DNA of 64,000 nucleotides from NCBI GenBank assembly GCA_037447605.1, contig CM074805.1:1149361-1213360 (forward strand). The letters are read 5' to 3'. Below are positions 35,741-48,368 of this stretch, one piece after another. Under the pieces are notes generated by a model, which was given only the letters and a program-made list of their open reading frames with translations, was not told the DNA's origin and ran no database searches. Source of the DNA: Zygnema circumcarinatum SAG 698-1b (taxonomy: Eukaryota > Plantae > Zygnematophyceae). Every line of letters begins with the position of its first letter. Within the stretch, counting starts at the first letter, position 1. Made by a program: the position numbers and the translations under genes.

Positions 35741-38700
35741 ATGGAAGAAAAGCCGTTTCGACGACAGCTGGCTCGGATGGCCAGCGCCAACGAACGTGTT
35801 CTTGGAGCCATGGCTGAAAACAAGCACGAGGTTGCGGCTGTTTTGCAACGGTAAGCGTGTAGTTTTTTTGGTTTTTTTAAGTGGAGGTGGAAGGCATTGA
35901 TTGCTATGAGAATTGTTTTTTAGATAGAAAAATTTGAGTGAAAAATAGTTGACAAGGCTATTGCCTTTGCTGCGATTGATCAGGTACTTCGAAACGGTGT
36001 CCCTTTTCGGGTAAAAAATAAAAACCTCGCTTGGAATCGAACTTAGAAGAATGAACTGCATAGTCGTGCATAACTCATGTCTCATGTCTGGTGCAGGTGT
36101 TTGGAATGGAAGAGGCCCATACTGCAGGGACATGAAATGAAGGACATTCTCTTGGATGTGTTAATTCCCGGTGAATCTCAAGACAAGAAATTGACACTGG
36201 TGGAGGGTGCCTTTGGAAGACTTCTACTATCGACACAGGTCAGCTGCGTCGTCTTTTTTGGGAAACTTGGCACCAAGGGCGACCACTTGAATTTCTGGGC
36301 CTGCTATTTCATGCTGAATGATGTTCAAAGTTTGTTCTGTAGCTGCTACACCATATTAAGGAAATAGTTCCAACTTGCGACCTCCTTTTTATTGAAACAC
36401 GGTACTTACGCTTGTCGTACTTATCGTCGGGTTCTGATGTGTATGTCGATGTTGCTTTTGCAGGAAGCGGTTGTCCGTGCACCACTGATTGCACTGGCTG
36501 CGAGACCTCGGCCGGGAATCTGGCAATTTTTGCAAGTTAACACGAAGGATCTTTTAATGGAGGAGCTTACTGTTTCGGATTATCTTGCTTTTAAAGAGCA
36601 ATTGGTGAATGGGCAGACGTAAGCGTCTGCTTTGTTCGACGACAGCCTTTTGAAACCCGTCAACCTTAAAGCACCTGGAAACGGCTTTATGAATTGTACC
36701 GCATTTCATGTCAAAGTTTTCTTGCGATGTTCATTGGACATCTCCTCATCAATAAAGTGATGCCTTGCTGGATTAGCTGTAAAGAAATATCTAAGATTAA
36801 TGATGGAAAAAATGAGATTTGACCGAAAAGGAAACTGGTTACCTTTTGTTCGAGTATAGTGCCAAGTTCTTGTTCGGTATTAACAAAAAGTTTTTGTTTG
36901 CGTGGTCGATTGCAGGTGTAGCCCGCACTACATCTTAGAGCTCGATTTCGAGCCCTTCAACTCATCTTTTCCTCGATTGACACAATCCCGCTCATTGGGC
37001 CATGGTGTGCAATTCTTGAACAAGTACCTGTCTTCGCGGTTGTTCCGGGACCAAAGCTGCCTGCAGCCTCTTGTTGACTATCTTCGGGTGCATCAGCACC
37101 AAGGCGAGGTTTGACTTTCGGCCCTTTGTAACACAGTTGCGGAGGAATCGGAAGGTTAAGTTATACCACTAGATGTGTATTTGCTGAAAGTACTGCCAAA
37201 CTTTTGATATTCAAGAACCCCTGGTCCCCTGTATTGGCCAGGTTAGTAATTTTTTTTTGCTATTGTAACTAAAATAACAGTGTATCGTGATAGAAATTGC
37301 TGCAATGGGCTATCTACAACAGGTTGATTCATTCAATGCCAATTCTGTCGGGAACCTTTATGTCCATCTTTTAGTCGTTTGACCTCAATATGGTCGATGT
37401 GCTCTGTGTGGATAGACCCTTATGCTCCATGAGCGTGTGGCGGGAGTAAGAGAGCTACGATCCGCTCTCTTGAAGGCAGAGGAGTTGCTGTCTAAAGTGG
37501 ATGAAGGGACACCATACTCTTCGTTAGCAAAAAGGTGATCTTCAGCTTCGCCTAACAGAGACTGCCTGCGTTTGAGAACGAAGGATTGGAAAGACTTGAA
37601 TAGGTTGATTCGCCAATAAAAGATTGCGCATTGTTCTATCATTGGATAGATTTCCTCACCAATGTTGGGGTTGAGACAGATTGGAAACTTTGGGCCTGGA
37701 GAAAGGCTGGGGGAACACAGCCGGAAGCATTTTGGAAATGATTCATCTCCTCCTGGACATATTCCAGGTAAACTGCTGCATATTTTTCAATGTCCAGCTT
37801 GGATCTATGAGCATTTTTTGCAGGTTTCTTCTCTCGCAGTCCAATGGCTTGTCCTAACCTAAGGTCGTCCTTTGCTCAGGCACCAGATCCAAACACGCTG
37901 GAGCGATTCCTGGGGCGGATTCCATCTTTATTTAATGTGGCCATCATTTCCCCCCATGGCTACTTTGGACAGGCCAACGTACTTGGTATGCCAGATACAG
38001 GCGGACAGGTTGTGTACATATTGGATCAAGTTCGCGCACTTGAACGCGAACTTACTGCGCATGCCTCTGCTCAGGGGCTTAATGTTCAACCTCAAATTGT
38101 GGTGGTAGGCCCCAACTTAAAACTGCTTTTATTGATTTCACATGTCCAGTCTTTGCCTTTGTTGTGATATCGGTGTTGATTGCTTATCCGAGAGAAAGCA
38201 TAAATTTTGACGCATACAGACGTTGGATACATAGTCGCTGGCGTGAAGTGAGTAGACATTCGACTGAACTTTCTAAGCATGCAGGTAACTCGCCTTATTC
38301 CGGACGCGAAGGGTACGACTTGCGATCAACGGATCGAACCTATTGAAGGAACGATTGCCGCACGCATTCTGCGTATTCCATTTCGGACGGAGAATGGAGT
38401 TCTTCACAAATGGGTTTCTCGTTTTGATGTATGGCCGTATCTGGAACAGTTCGCAGAGGTTAGTCACATCCAGACATGTTAAAGAAGGCTGACGAATATA
38501 GTATAAAATTGCGTGAAATTGTGGTGTGTCATCCTGCTGGAGCTTGGAGGAAAAGAAACATGATTGCAGGCGCGGCTGGTTTCTTTTTTTTTGCACGAAT
38601 AGTGTGTATGAGGACATGCAGAGGAAATTTCAGTGAGATAAGAAAGTGGAAAATGGCGTTACAATGCATGATGCAGGATGTTATGGCAGAACTGCCAGCT

Positions 38701-41700
38701 GAGATGGGAGGGCAGCCTAACCTGATAATTGGGAACTACAGCGATGGCAATCTTGTAGCAACTCTCATGTCCCATCGACTTGGCATCACACAGGTGACTG
38801 CAACTATCAGTGCCTATTCCTAGCAGTGAGGGGAGCAGCTCTGAGCCAATCTATTTAGCTGCATTGTGATGTACAATGCATTCTTTGTTCTAAATCACCA
38901 TAGGATGCCCCGTAGTCGTTTTTTCTTATTAGCCGTACTTATGCTATATACAATGGGTTGTGGCATTGCATCACCCCACGTTCATCCGTTAAGGTCATGA
39001 GATGTCGCATTAAGCCGTGCCCTTAGATTATTACAATTCCGTTTTTTTCGTTTCGTGTTCGTTTGTTTCTGTTAGAAGCTTTAACTGGCAATAATTTGAG
39101 TATGGTTTTACTGATATGAACGCTGGGGTTCTGAACCAGTGCAATATTGCTCATGCTCTAGAGAAGACAAAGTATCCGGACTCAGATATCTACTGGAAAC
39201 AATTTGAAGACAAGTACCATTTCAGCTGTCAGTTCACTGCAGACCTCATAGCCATGAACCACGCAGACTTTATCATCACGAGCACGTACCAGGAGATTGC
39301 AGGCGGGTGAGCTTCTACAAAGGCCTGCTAGAGAGCCGATTCCATCATAACAGCCCTGGTAGTCTAGTTTGGGGTTAACTGCAAGGGAGTTATTGAAATG
39401 GAAAACCCACACTGCACTGAAGAAAAGTGATTTTCACTTGCCATTGTGATCTTCATTGTTGACTAGCCGTACCATATGTTCGTGACTTTTGTCAACAGGC
39501 AAGGTGAACCGGGAAAAATCCCATTCCTTGACGATTTCTTAGGGTTTGAACCTTCACGTTTTGAAAGCGACTGGCTATGTTCCACTTGTTGCCCAGCCTT
39601 CCATCATTGTAACCAGAAACGTATTAGCACGATCCTCACCAAATCTTGTCTTCTGTGTGTATCATGAACGAGCAGGAAGGACGCAGTGGGGCAGTACGAA
39701 AGCCACGCAGCGTTCACCATGCCCAACCTTTACCGTGTGGTAAATGGAATTGATGTATTTGATCCAAAATTCAACATTGTGTCTCCTGGAGCAGACGACT
39801 CTGTCTACTTTCCCTATACGGAAAAGGACAGGCGTTTATACTCATACCATACAGACCTTAGAGAACTCATCTACGGCACTACGGAAACACTAGAGCACTG
39901 GTGAGATACATTGCAAGATGGCCTGTCTGGCAGCTATCCCACGTGTTTTACATATCGCGCATATATTTTTTTTATCTCCTTCATCCCTTGCTCCTCCCAT
40001 TGCTTTCTTACCTTCCCCTTCTTTCTTCCTACCACTTTCCTATTTCTCCACCCTCACCTTCTAACCCAATAGTACATGACAGGAAAGCTCTCGCTCTTCC
40101 CCTTGTTCCACCTCTTCCGCCCCCTCTTCGGGTCTTCGTCGTCCCCACTCCTTATTGTTGGCTGGTCATTTACTAACAGCATAGTTTGCAAGTTTGTAGT
40201 GGCCGATTGGATGATCCCTCGAAACCTTTGCTGTTCTCCATGGCGCGATTGGACCGTGTGAAGAACTTGACGGGACTTGTGGAGGCATACGCAAAAAGTG
40301 ATCGCTTGAAGGAGCTCGTCAACCTTGTCGTGGTTGGAGGGAACCTGGATGCCTCCAAGTCGAAAGACCGAGAAGAAGTGGAACAGATAGAAAAGATGCA
40401 CGGTCTGATCAAGGCTTATAATCTGGTTGGGCGTTTCCGATGGATATGCGCTCAGAAGGATCGCATCAGAAATGGCGAATTATATCGATACATTGCCGAC
40501 ACTCATGGAGCATTTGTTCAGGTTTGACACCTTCTGCCTAGTCTTATGCTTAGGAGCTACAATGGTCTGAATTCCTGCATTGTGGACTCCCGTCCCGTCC
40601 CGTCTTGAAAAATAAAAAATAAAACAACTGTAAAATCAAAGAGACGGTGCAATGCTTAGCACTCAGCCCTAGTCTCAGCATGGCTGTCACTTTGCTTCCT
40701 AAGTAAAGGATAAAATCAATCTTTGCGTACTATCGTGAATCTTTTTCACGCGAGGTTTTGGTTATTGGAGGGTTTTGTGCCATTCCACTTGAACGTTGGA
40801 AAGCTTCCACATGATGGTGTATGAAATTCAAACTTCATTCTGTTCGTGGAGACACCTGCTGGTGGTTGCGGCCCTCAGTCCTTCGAATGAGGCAAAATAG
40901 TAGTTCTTGTCTAACGGCAACTTAAGGCGAGAGCCTGCGAAAACGAAGTGTTGCTGACATTATGTGCTTACTGCTCAGCCATTGACTTGTTTAAGCTTGT
41001 GCATTGCAGCCTGCTCTGTATGAAGCATTTGGTCTCACGGTGGTGGAGGCAATGACGTGCGGTTTGCCCACCTTCGCAACCTGTCATGGAGGACCTGCCG
41101 AGATCATAATGCACCAAAAATGCGGCTTTCATATTGATCCATACCATGGAGACCAAGCAGCAGACATAATGGCTGACTTTTTTGAGCAGTGCAAGAGGGA
41201 CCCGGACTACTGGAACACCATCTCCAAAGCTGGTCTTGATCGAATCTTTTCCAAGTAAGGTTTTCGCCTCGAAGAAGAGCATGGTCGGCTGGGATTGTAA
41301 GGGAGTGCAGAAGCTGCACACGGCATAATTCTCAAGTTCTTCCCTTTTGTGATTAACTGTCATGGCAAAGGGATTAGATTTGGTTTGTGTTATGCAGAAA
41401 TGGTTGGCTTTGCGCAACATGGATCCACTTTTGTGTCTTCAAGGGTAGTTGAAAACTTATTCCAAACTGATTCCGGGCATCTTTTATGGCGCTGTGGGTT
41501 CAGCTATACGTGGGGTATCTATGCAGAACGCTTGACCACACTTGCTAGGGTTTACAGCTTTTGGAAGTATGTCTCTAAACTTGAAAGAAGAGAATCACGG
41601 CGCTACATTGAGATGTTTTACATTCTGAAGTTCCGCGAGCTTGTAAGTCCCTTTCACTTTATGTTTGTTGCAATCGCCAGGGAGTCCGTTGCATATCATT

Positions 41701-41864
41701 AGTATAAAAATATTCCTTTGTTAAAAATCTCCACCAGGCAAAATGATGCGGATCTCGTTACTGATGTGTGGGCTATGTGGGCCTTCTCCTTTCTTCTGGA
41801 TGTACAGGCGAGGACAGTTCCCTTGGTAAAGGATGATGACGAGTTTGTTGAAGCGAAAGGTTGA
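35741..41864 (+). CDS. SUS: Sucrose synthase (GT4)
   Basis: [13 protein letters not shown].., [130 protein letters not shown]. Exons splice in phase. Confidence 0.98.
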
Positions 41865-42738
41865 AAAGCTACGTGGCACTAAGTGGTGGAAAAGTGCGAG
41901 GGGATTGTAAATCATCTGTTTGTTTACTCGTATGGACGACTTCCGCTCTCCCTATGTGCCGCCATTCAAGCTCCCGTTAATGGCAGAGTCGAATGGCGCC
42001 AAGTTTCCAGTAGATTGCTGTAGAGAAATTGTAAGGTAAAGACTATTCAAATACTTCAGATAGACTGCAAACTTGCTACCTATTCAACACTGCTGGCGCA
42101 GTTTTTCGGCTGACATAGTTGATACTGTTTGGTTGTAAGAAAGAGCTGTGCTATGGCGTGAAGAGCGACTAGCTCGAATGGTAAAGAAAAAAAAATCGCA
42201 AATGATAAAAATGCTCCGATTTTTCAATATCACATATTTTGGTCCGCGCTTCCCTCAGATACTCCATGAGTGCATGTGGCGAAGGACATCATGCGGGAGA
42301 TGGGGCATAAGCAGGAGAGGTGCAGCTGCATGGCAGAGACAAATCAAGGCCCACAAGATCAGTGAGAGGCAACCAGCACCCCATGTTCACTTCGGGACAC
42401 ACAAAAAGGAAACACATTAAAAAAAGCCACATCTTCCCATTCAAAAAACTGAACCAACCACACCCCCCCCCAATTTGAAGGTGAGACGGTCTAAAAAGCC
42501 TGAAGAATCTATCATCTTAGTCAGAAAGTCAACCAAGATTAGCCAAATTTAGCCTAGCTAATAGTCCATTGCAGTGTACCTTTTACATGTGGTTCGGCCG
42601 ACCGTTTTCGGTGACTGTAACTGCGCGCAAACGGGGCGTATTAGATCGCGTGTCGACTGTGTATCGATATAACCGTACTGATATCGCGTGACGTGACGTA
42701 CTCCTGACTCCCGTACCTCCCAATCATCCTCGATGGAC

Positions 42739-42816
42739 GGCATGTGTCTCACGATGACAATGATGCCATCAAATGTAACATGGCCAAAAGCAGCATGGGG
42801 AACCACGAGGAACTGG
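42739..42816 (+). repeat. Dispersed ~90-100 bp intergenic element, copy 1
   Basis: ggcatgtgtctcacgatgacaatgatgccatcaaatgtaacatggccaaaagcagcatggggaaccacgaggaactgg aligns with the copies at 47527, 58012 and 61415. Confidence 0.9.
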
Positions 42817-43387
42817 AAAATTCGGAGGGAGGGGTACCGTGGGAAGGTATCATCCTCAATTATTTTTATGCGACAGGCGACAGCGCCAGGCGCTGCAATT
42901 TGGCGCTCAGGTGTGAGCTCGAGGAAGGGCGCATCGCAGCCGTCCAGATCCGATCTTGGAAGGTCTCAGCAGTTCCCTAACGGCTGAGATCCCGTCCGAT
43001 GGCTCGCACTTACTGCCCCCCAAGAGGATCCGGCGGAGGGTTCAATCTCGCGACCTGCGCCGCCTAAAGAGTACGGAGCCGTTGGATGTGGACAGAAAGC
43101 AGTTAGATTGTCCACGTGTCAGTCGATGCCGTGGTAAGGTACATGTCGTCAAACGAGTATGATGACGGTCACCGATAGTTTTGTCGTCAGCGGTCAACGA
43201 GCAGCAACCAGTCAGCTTCTTGATGACGTCATTATCCATCAAATGTGCAATTCTCTGGAAACTTCGCGGGCGTCAATCCAATCTTACACGTGGCGAATTT
43301 CGATTGGTACAACCACACACGTGGCACGAGGCGATCGGGCGAGTGCGTGGTTGTGCCACGTGACACGCTCCCGTTGGCCCAAATGAT

Positions 43388-43388
<1 letters not shown>

Positions 43389-43422
<34 letters not shown>

Positions 43423-43452
43423 NNNNNNNNNNCCCCCCCCCCCCCCCCCCCC
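43389..43452. other. Poly-C tract containing a 10-N assembly gap (43423-43432)
   Basis: Directly visible; true length and contiguity are unknown. Confidence 0.95.
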
Positions 43453-43548
43453 GCCGGTCTCGCCGCGGGGCCTCGTCGGCCGCACTTCCCCTTCGGAGTG
43501 CAACAAAAGCTCAAGGTCAAGTTGGGGCTCGAGGGCAGGGCACCAACA

Positions 43549-43607
43549 ATGGTTCTTGAGCCAACATTTGGTTCCTGAGCCAACATTGGTTCTTGAGCCA
43601 ACATTGG
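43549..43607. repeat. Tandem repeat, 3 copies of an 18-19 bp unit TTGGTTCYTGAGCCAACA
   Basis: tggttcttgagccaacat-ttggttcctgagccaaca-ttggttcttgagccaacattgg. Confidence 0.9.
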
Positions 43608-44218
43608 ACAATTTGACGAACACAGGCACAAGGCACCGTCATCGGTTTCACATCTGACCGAGCTCATTCACAGCTTGAATTTCTATAATGAAAGGGCAAA
43701 GACAAACCTCAACTAACCTCCCACCTTCGTAGACAGAGAAGGGCCTCAACACTATAGGCAATTTGGATGATCCTTTCAAAGATTCACATTCGCAAGAAGG
43801 TTTGTCTGTACACTTTATTAAGTCGGAACAATGGCACGAATCGCATGAAAGCTGTCAGTCGCGGTCTGTGATGAGCTTGGCAGCAGGCTCTCTGTAAGTT
43901 TCTATTGTAAGTTTCTAATAGCAGTCCTATCCTTATTGGCTGACAACATGTACAGCGCTCAATTACAATATCTGCTGGTCCTATAAAGCGGCGCCCTCGT
44001 TGTTCGAGGAGACCAGGTCTTATTGGACTCCACCATTCTATTCTAGGCCTTCATAGCGCTGCGGAAACGCCCTCAGTGGAAATAGAAAGGCACTTCCAAG
44101 AGTGTAATTTTTCCTCTCGTCAGAACCCCGCCTTCATTCAAGAGTAATGGAAACTGAGAGCTTCAAAGTGAACGGAAGAAGCAGCACATATTCCTAACGG
44201 AGACTCCCTTATTGCCTC

Positions 44219-45405
44219 TCATGCACTCGATCCCGTGGAGAGACCCAACCATCCTCTATCAATGTTTTGCCAATTCTCTCTCCCCGCTCCTACTAGGCTA
44301 GGCTCTACTATGGGCGGAGATAAATCTAGCCAGGGGAGGTTCGGCGTCTGAGTGCCACTTGTCCCCTCAGCGACTCTCTCTGAATACCCGGATTTCGGCA
44401 TTTCCTGGTAACTGAGCTCACTTCCGTCAAACTGCGACGACCTGCATGCCTCCTCAGCTCTCGCCCCGCTTTGAAACCTTTCCAAAGAATAGGTGTTACA
44501 AGCTTCAGCAAGTATGTCCGCACTGAGTCGGGGAAATCCTATACTCGCCATCGAGCGAAGGAGGACGTCTTCGTGTGATGTCTTGGTGGGTTCTGTGCAA
44601 TCTTCAGCCCCTGAAAGACCCTGCAACTCTTGCTCTTTCGCAAAATGGTGAAGGTCAACATCGAAAGACCTGAATCCGCCGGCCTCATTCGATGCAGTGT
44701 GATCGAATGTTTGATGAGCGAAAGAACCTTCGCCAGAAATGGCATCTGCTGGAGAGTCAGGGTCCACCGCTACATCAGCAGGATGTGCTGTGAGGGCATT
44801 TCCAACTAATCGCAGCGTTGCAGGTTGCAAGGTTCGAGCCATTCGGTGGTTATGCTGCTCCGCATAGACGATACATTTCCTCTGCAGAGTGTCAACGTCA
44901 AAGTCGATTGTGCGTCTTGCTGGGCAGGCACAGCCTTTAAACAAAACACATCTGTAGTAATTTCTGCAAAACACCATAGAAAACACGAGGAGGTAACGTG
45001 AGACAGGAAGCTGCTGCGCATGACAATAGCGCTTGAGTGCGACGCTAGCAACGCATTCACGTCATGATGCGGAAAGGAAGATGGTCTAAAGCTCTGCGTG
45101 GAGACGCGAACACATAAAAGCGGCTCACCTCATAGAATTGGTGCCCTTGATGCGCTTTTGGCCATACTTGTGCCAGAGGTAGCCATCGTTTGGAATTGGC
45201 AGGAGATGGTGAACCCGATGCCTGCACAGACAATTGGTTTCGTGGCTTTAGCTCTATTGTAGAGAAAGACAGCTCCAAAGTAACGTCATTCTGGACATGT
45301 AGTATTGCTTAGATGCCATTATCAGAAGAGATCCGAGCATCCATTTGCAAGTGCATGAGAAGCAGTTTCGGCTCACCGTTTCTGGGGGCTGTCGGGCTCA
45401 TCCAT
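44219..45405 (-). CDS. WRKY-family transcription factor with a variant domain (start codon tentative)
   Basis: Exons 45405-45377, 45221-45129 and 44963-44219 give ..PNDGYLWHKYGQKRIKGTNSMR|NYYRCVLFKGCACPARRTI..YAEQHNH.. followed by an acidic tail. The phase-2 R-type intron is at the conserved WRKY position. An extra upstream exon is possible. Confidence 0.9.
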
Positions 45406-46090
45406 TCGCTGATGTTCTCCGTCTTCAGAAAAGGCTCTGCAACCACAACAATTTCAGAAAATATTCTCATTTTTTAAGGACTGCGAACAAATATCGTTGC
45501 ATGGCTGAGATGTCAGACCATTCCAGCATCCTCGGCCCCACTCTGGCTCTCTCTCGCACCCCTTCTTTCGCTCTCAGTCTCTTCTAATCCGTCATTTTCA
45601 TTTTCATTTTCAGTCTGTCTGTCTCTCCACCGGCCTTTCTCTCTCTGTCTGTCTAATGTCTGTCCCTGTCTCTGTTTATAACGACTTTATTTCCTGAAAA
45701 AACAACTACTGACATGAAAATAAGATCACTAGCAACACCAGTCATGAGCCCTAAGCCCTCAAAGTCTTCAAGTCTATCCCTCCCATATCCAGACAGAAGA
45801 TGTGCCTCCCAGCAAAAGCAGAATTAGAACAACCGCCAAATCGCAGACGGAGATTAAACGCATTCGAGCCCTGCTTCATGCGACGTGTGAGCATACGGCA
45901 ACGATTCCATCTCTCTGCCCCCTCTCCCCTGCCCTCATAGCTTCCCGCGAAACTGACCTTTTCCGCCCGTCCTCAGTTCCCTCCCCTTCGCCCGCGCACC
46001 CAGGCACCCGTCTCCTCGCCATAGCCAGCCGCCACTGGCTCGTCCAGTTCGTCTCCTGCATGCAGCGAGAACACCCCTCTAGCAAGGTGC

Positions 46091-46094
<4 letters not shown>

Positions 46095-46151
<57 letters not shown>
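46095..46151. repeat. (AG)n microsatellite, ~28 units, in the WRKY 5' region
   Basis: Directly visible. Confidence 0.97.
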
Positions 46152-46155
<4 letters not shown>

Positions 46156-47526
46156 CGGCAGTTGGGGAGCCGGCCGGCCTCCTAGTCCAAGGGCCCAAGG
46201 CGGCCCCTCATTGGCCGAAGCCGGACCACACGTGCGAGCTTAGGGCTAGGCCTGCTGTCGCTGATCCGTACAGGTCACACCGTACGGTATGTACAAACGG
46301 TCCCGGGCGGGCCGTGCCGGCCAATGGGCGCGCGCCGCGCATGTGACAGCGCCGCAAGGGAAGGTCCGCCCGTTTTGTCGCGACGCGCCTGTCAGCGAGG
46401 GGAGGTTTTTGAAAAATTTCGGATCGCAATTTCTGATCTGACTTTTGGAAAAGATACAGTGACGTGGTGCGAGGAGATTGGCGGGGAAATGGACCGGTCA
46501 AGCGGTTTCTGGGCCGGTAGCGGGCTCTGAAGCTTCAGGATGGGGGAGAATATATGTAGAAAATATTTGGGGCACGGGAATTTATTTTTTAGGGAAAAAA
46601 GAAAGAGACCGGAAATGAATCAACGGGGCTGGCCTTTGAAATTTTGTCGTGTTTGAAAGTCCAGCATAAGTCTTGGTTGGGAAATAAAATTAAAAAAATC
46701 TCTGACGGTCAAGATTTTCCGGGAAGTCTTTGGCAGGGCGCCAGGAATCGACGGCTCAGAATGCCCATAGGCGGTGGGCTGTACGGCTGTCACCGATTGC
46801 ACGTGTAACGATTCACGGTGTACGAAAATCAAGACTTCGCTTCCCGTTACAAAATCTGAATTCGAAATCCGTAAAAATTCCGGCAAAATACGATAAACTA
46901 AAGTGACAGAATGGGGCGGTCTAATTTCATGGCCTCGTGGAATACGGATTTCAGATCCGAAATCCGGCCAAAATCCGTCAAGTCAAAGCCTCAATTCCGC
47001 ATCCCTGATTCCAATGATTCCAAAATGTACAGCATTTCGCACGTGTGAGAAAATCTTTTTCCTGCCGCGCTGGTCGCCACCTGGCGTGCCGGGCGGGCCA
47101 GACAGCACTATGTACGACAAATACGGAATGTCGGTGGATCCGTTTTGTCCGTTCCCTCTTGTCCCCTTCATTGACGGGCGGAGCGGATTCCGACCACGGG
47201 GCGACACGTGGCGACCTTTAATTCGCCTGTCAGCGGCGCCTAGGGACTTCCAGATACCCTGTTCTGGATAGGGACCGCATGGAGCGGCAGTTTCACCGTT
47301 CAACAAGAGTGGCGAGTTGGCGAGTCTGTCCAGAGAGTACGGCCAGGGGGGGCCGGGGGGAATCCGAATTTGCTCGCTACGGATTTCGACCAGTTGATAA
47401 GGTCCGGGTCTAGAATCCGTAGCGAGTGGGCACTTCCCTCGTTGCTCGCGTGTTCAGACCCCCCCCCATGCAAACGTCTAGGAGCCGCTATCGGTCTCAC
47501 AGACAGACAGACACCACAAAGAGAAA

Positions 47527-47623
47527 GATGTGGCATGGATCTCACGATGGCGATGATGCCATCAAATGTACATGGACAAAATCAACAACATGAGGAACCA
47601 CGAGGAACTGGTCGCATAGGACC
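47527..47623 (+). repeat. Dispersed ~90-100 bp intergenic element, copy 2
   Basis: GATGTGGCATGGATCTCACGATGGCGATGATGCCATCAAATGTACATGGACAAAATCAACAACATGAGGAACCACGAGGAACTGGTCGCATAGGACC. Confidence 0.92.
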
Positions 47624-48368
47624 TAGGGAAGAAAAAGTCTTAAGAAGTTCAGGTAGCTGAGGTGACCTCCTTTTCCGTTTTCTCGTTACACGATGATGAG
47701 AGAGAGAGCGGTGATGGATGACGGAACAGTTCGCGTGCTTTATAAGAGCACATGAGGACATGCACAAGGAGTCAGCTCTATGAAACAACTCGTTCACAAG
47801 TAGTTCCGTGTAAGTCTCACTCTGTGCAGCAAATACGTATATAGGAAATACAGCCACACTGAGAGGTGGCCTTTACCTAAGCTACTACTACTTGACTGTA
47901 TCTAGTGTTCTCCAATAGACTTGGAAGTTCCAATTCATGAACTTTCCGCTGATGGTCTCCCTCTGCTCAGCAGAACATATGAGAACATAACCGCCATAAT
48001 ACGAAGAACAAAAAACTGTACATTCAAAGCCAGAAAAATGTATTTGTAAAAAAAAAAAAAAAAACAAAGTCGCTGCTGAAGTTACAACCAATCTCAAATT
48101 CACAATTTGTTCTATTTTCTGCGACTGCCCTCGCTGGCTGGTGCAGCCCATGTACTACCCCCCAGGGCCCAGGAACTATATGGGCAATACCCAACAAATA
48201 AATCAAGACCTACATAAAGCACAGATTGCCGAACACTACACATTGACGCATCTTTTCTTAATTACAAGACGACTACAAAGGCGCTGGGAAAGCCCACCAC
48301 CAGAGGCTCTCTTGCCTAATCTCTCCCTCTCTCTCTCCCTCACAAAACTCATACGGCCTACAGGAACC

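Noticed and set aside
43549-43607. Short direct repeats as a possible CRISPR array
   Set aside because: The units are contiguous with no spacers, the context is eukaryotic, and there are no cas genes.
43245-43667. Poly-Pro/poly-Gly ORFs
   Set aside because: Artefacts of the poly-C run and N gap.
43866-43945. Box C/D snoRNA candidates (GTGATGA..CTGA here; ATGATGA..CTGA at ~21758-21888)
   Set aside because: No terminal stem and no rRNA/snRNA-complementary guide that I could recognise.
47608-47627. Helitron-like 3' end (GGTC..GACC hairpin then CTAG) in copy 2
   Set aside because: CTAG is not followed by T and is absent from the other copies.
47547-47660. Dispersed element read as a small-peptide family (PSNVHGQNQ..EPR in copies 2 and 3)
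   Set aside because: Copy 1 has a 1-nt and copy 4 a 4-nt frameshift, most substitutions are non-synonymous, and the ORFs diverge right after the repeat. The two in-frame indels are noted but insufficient.
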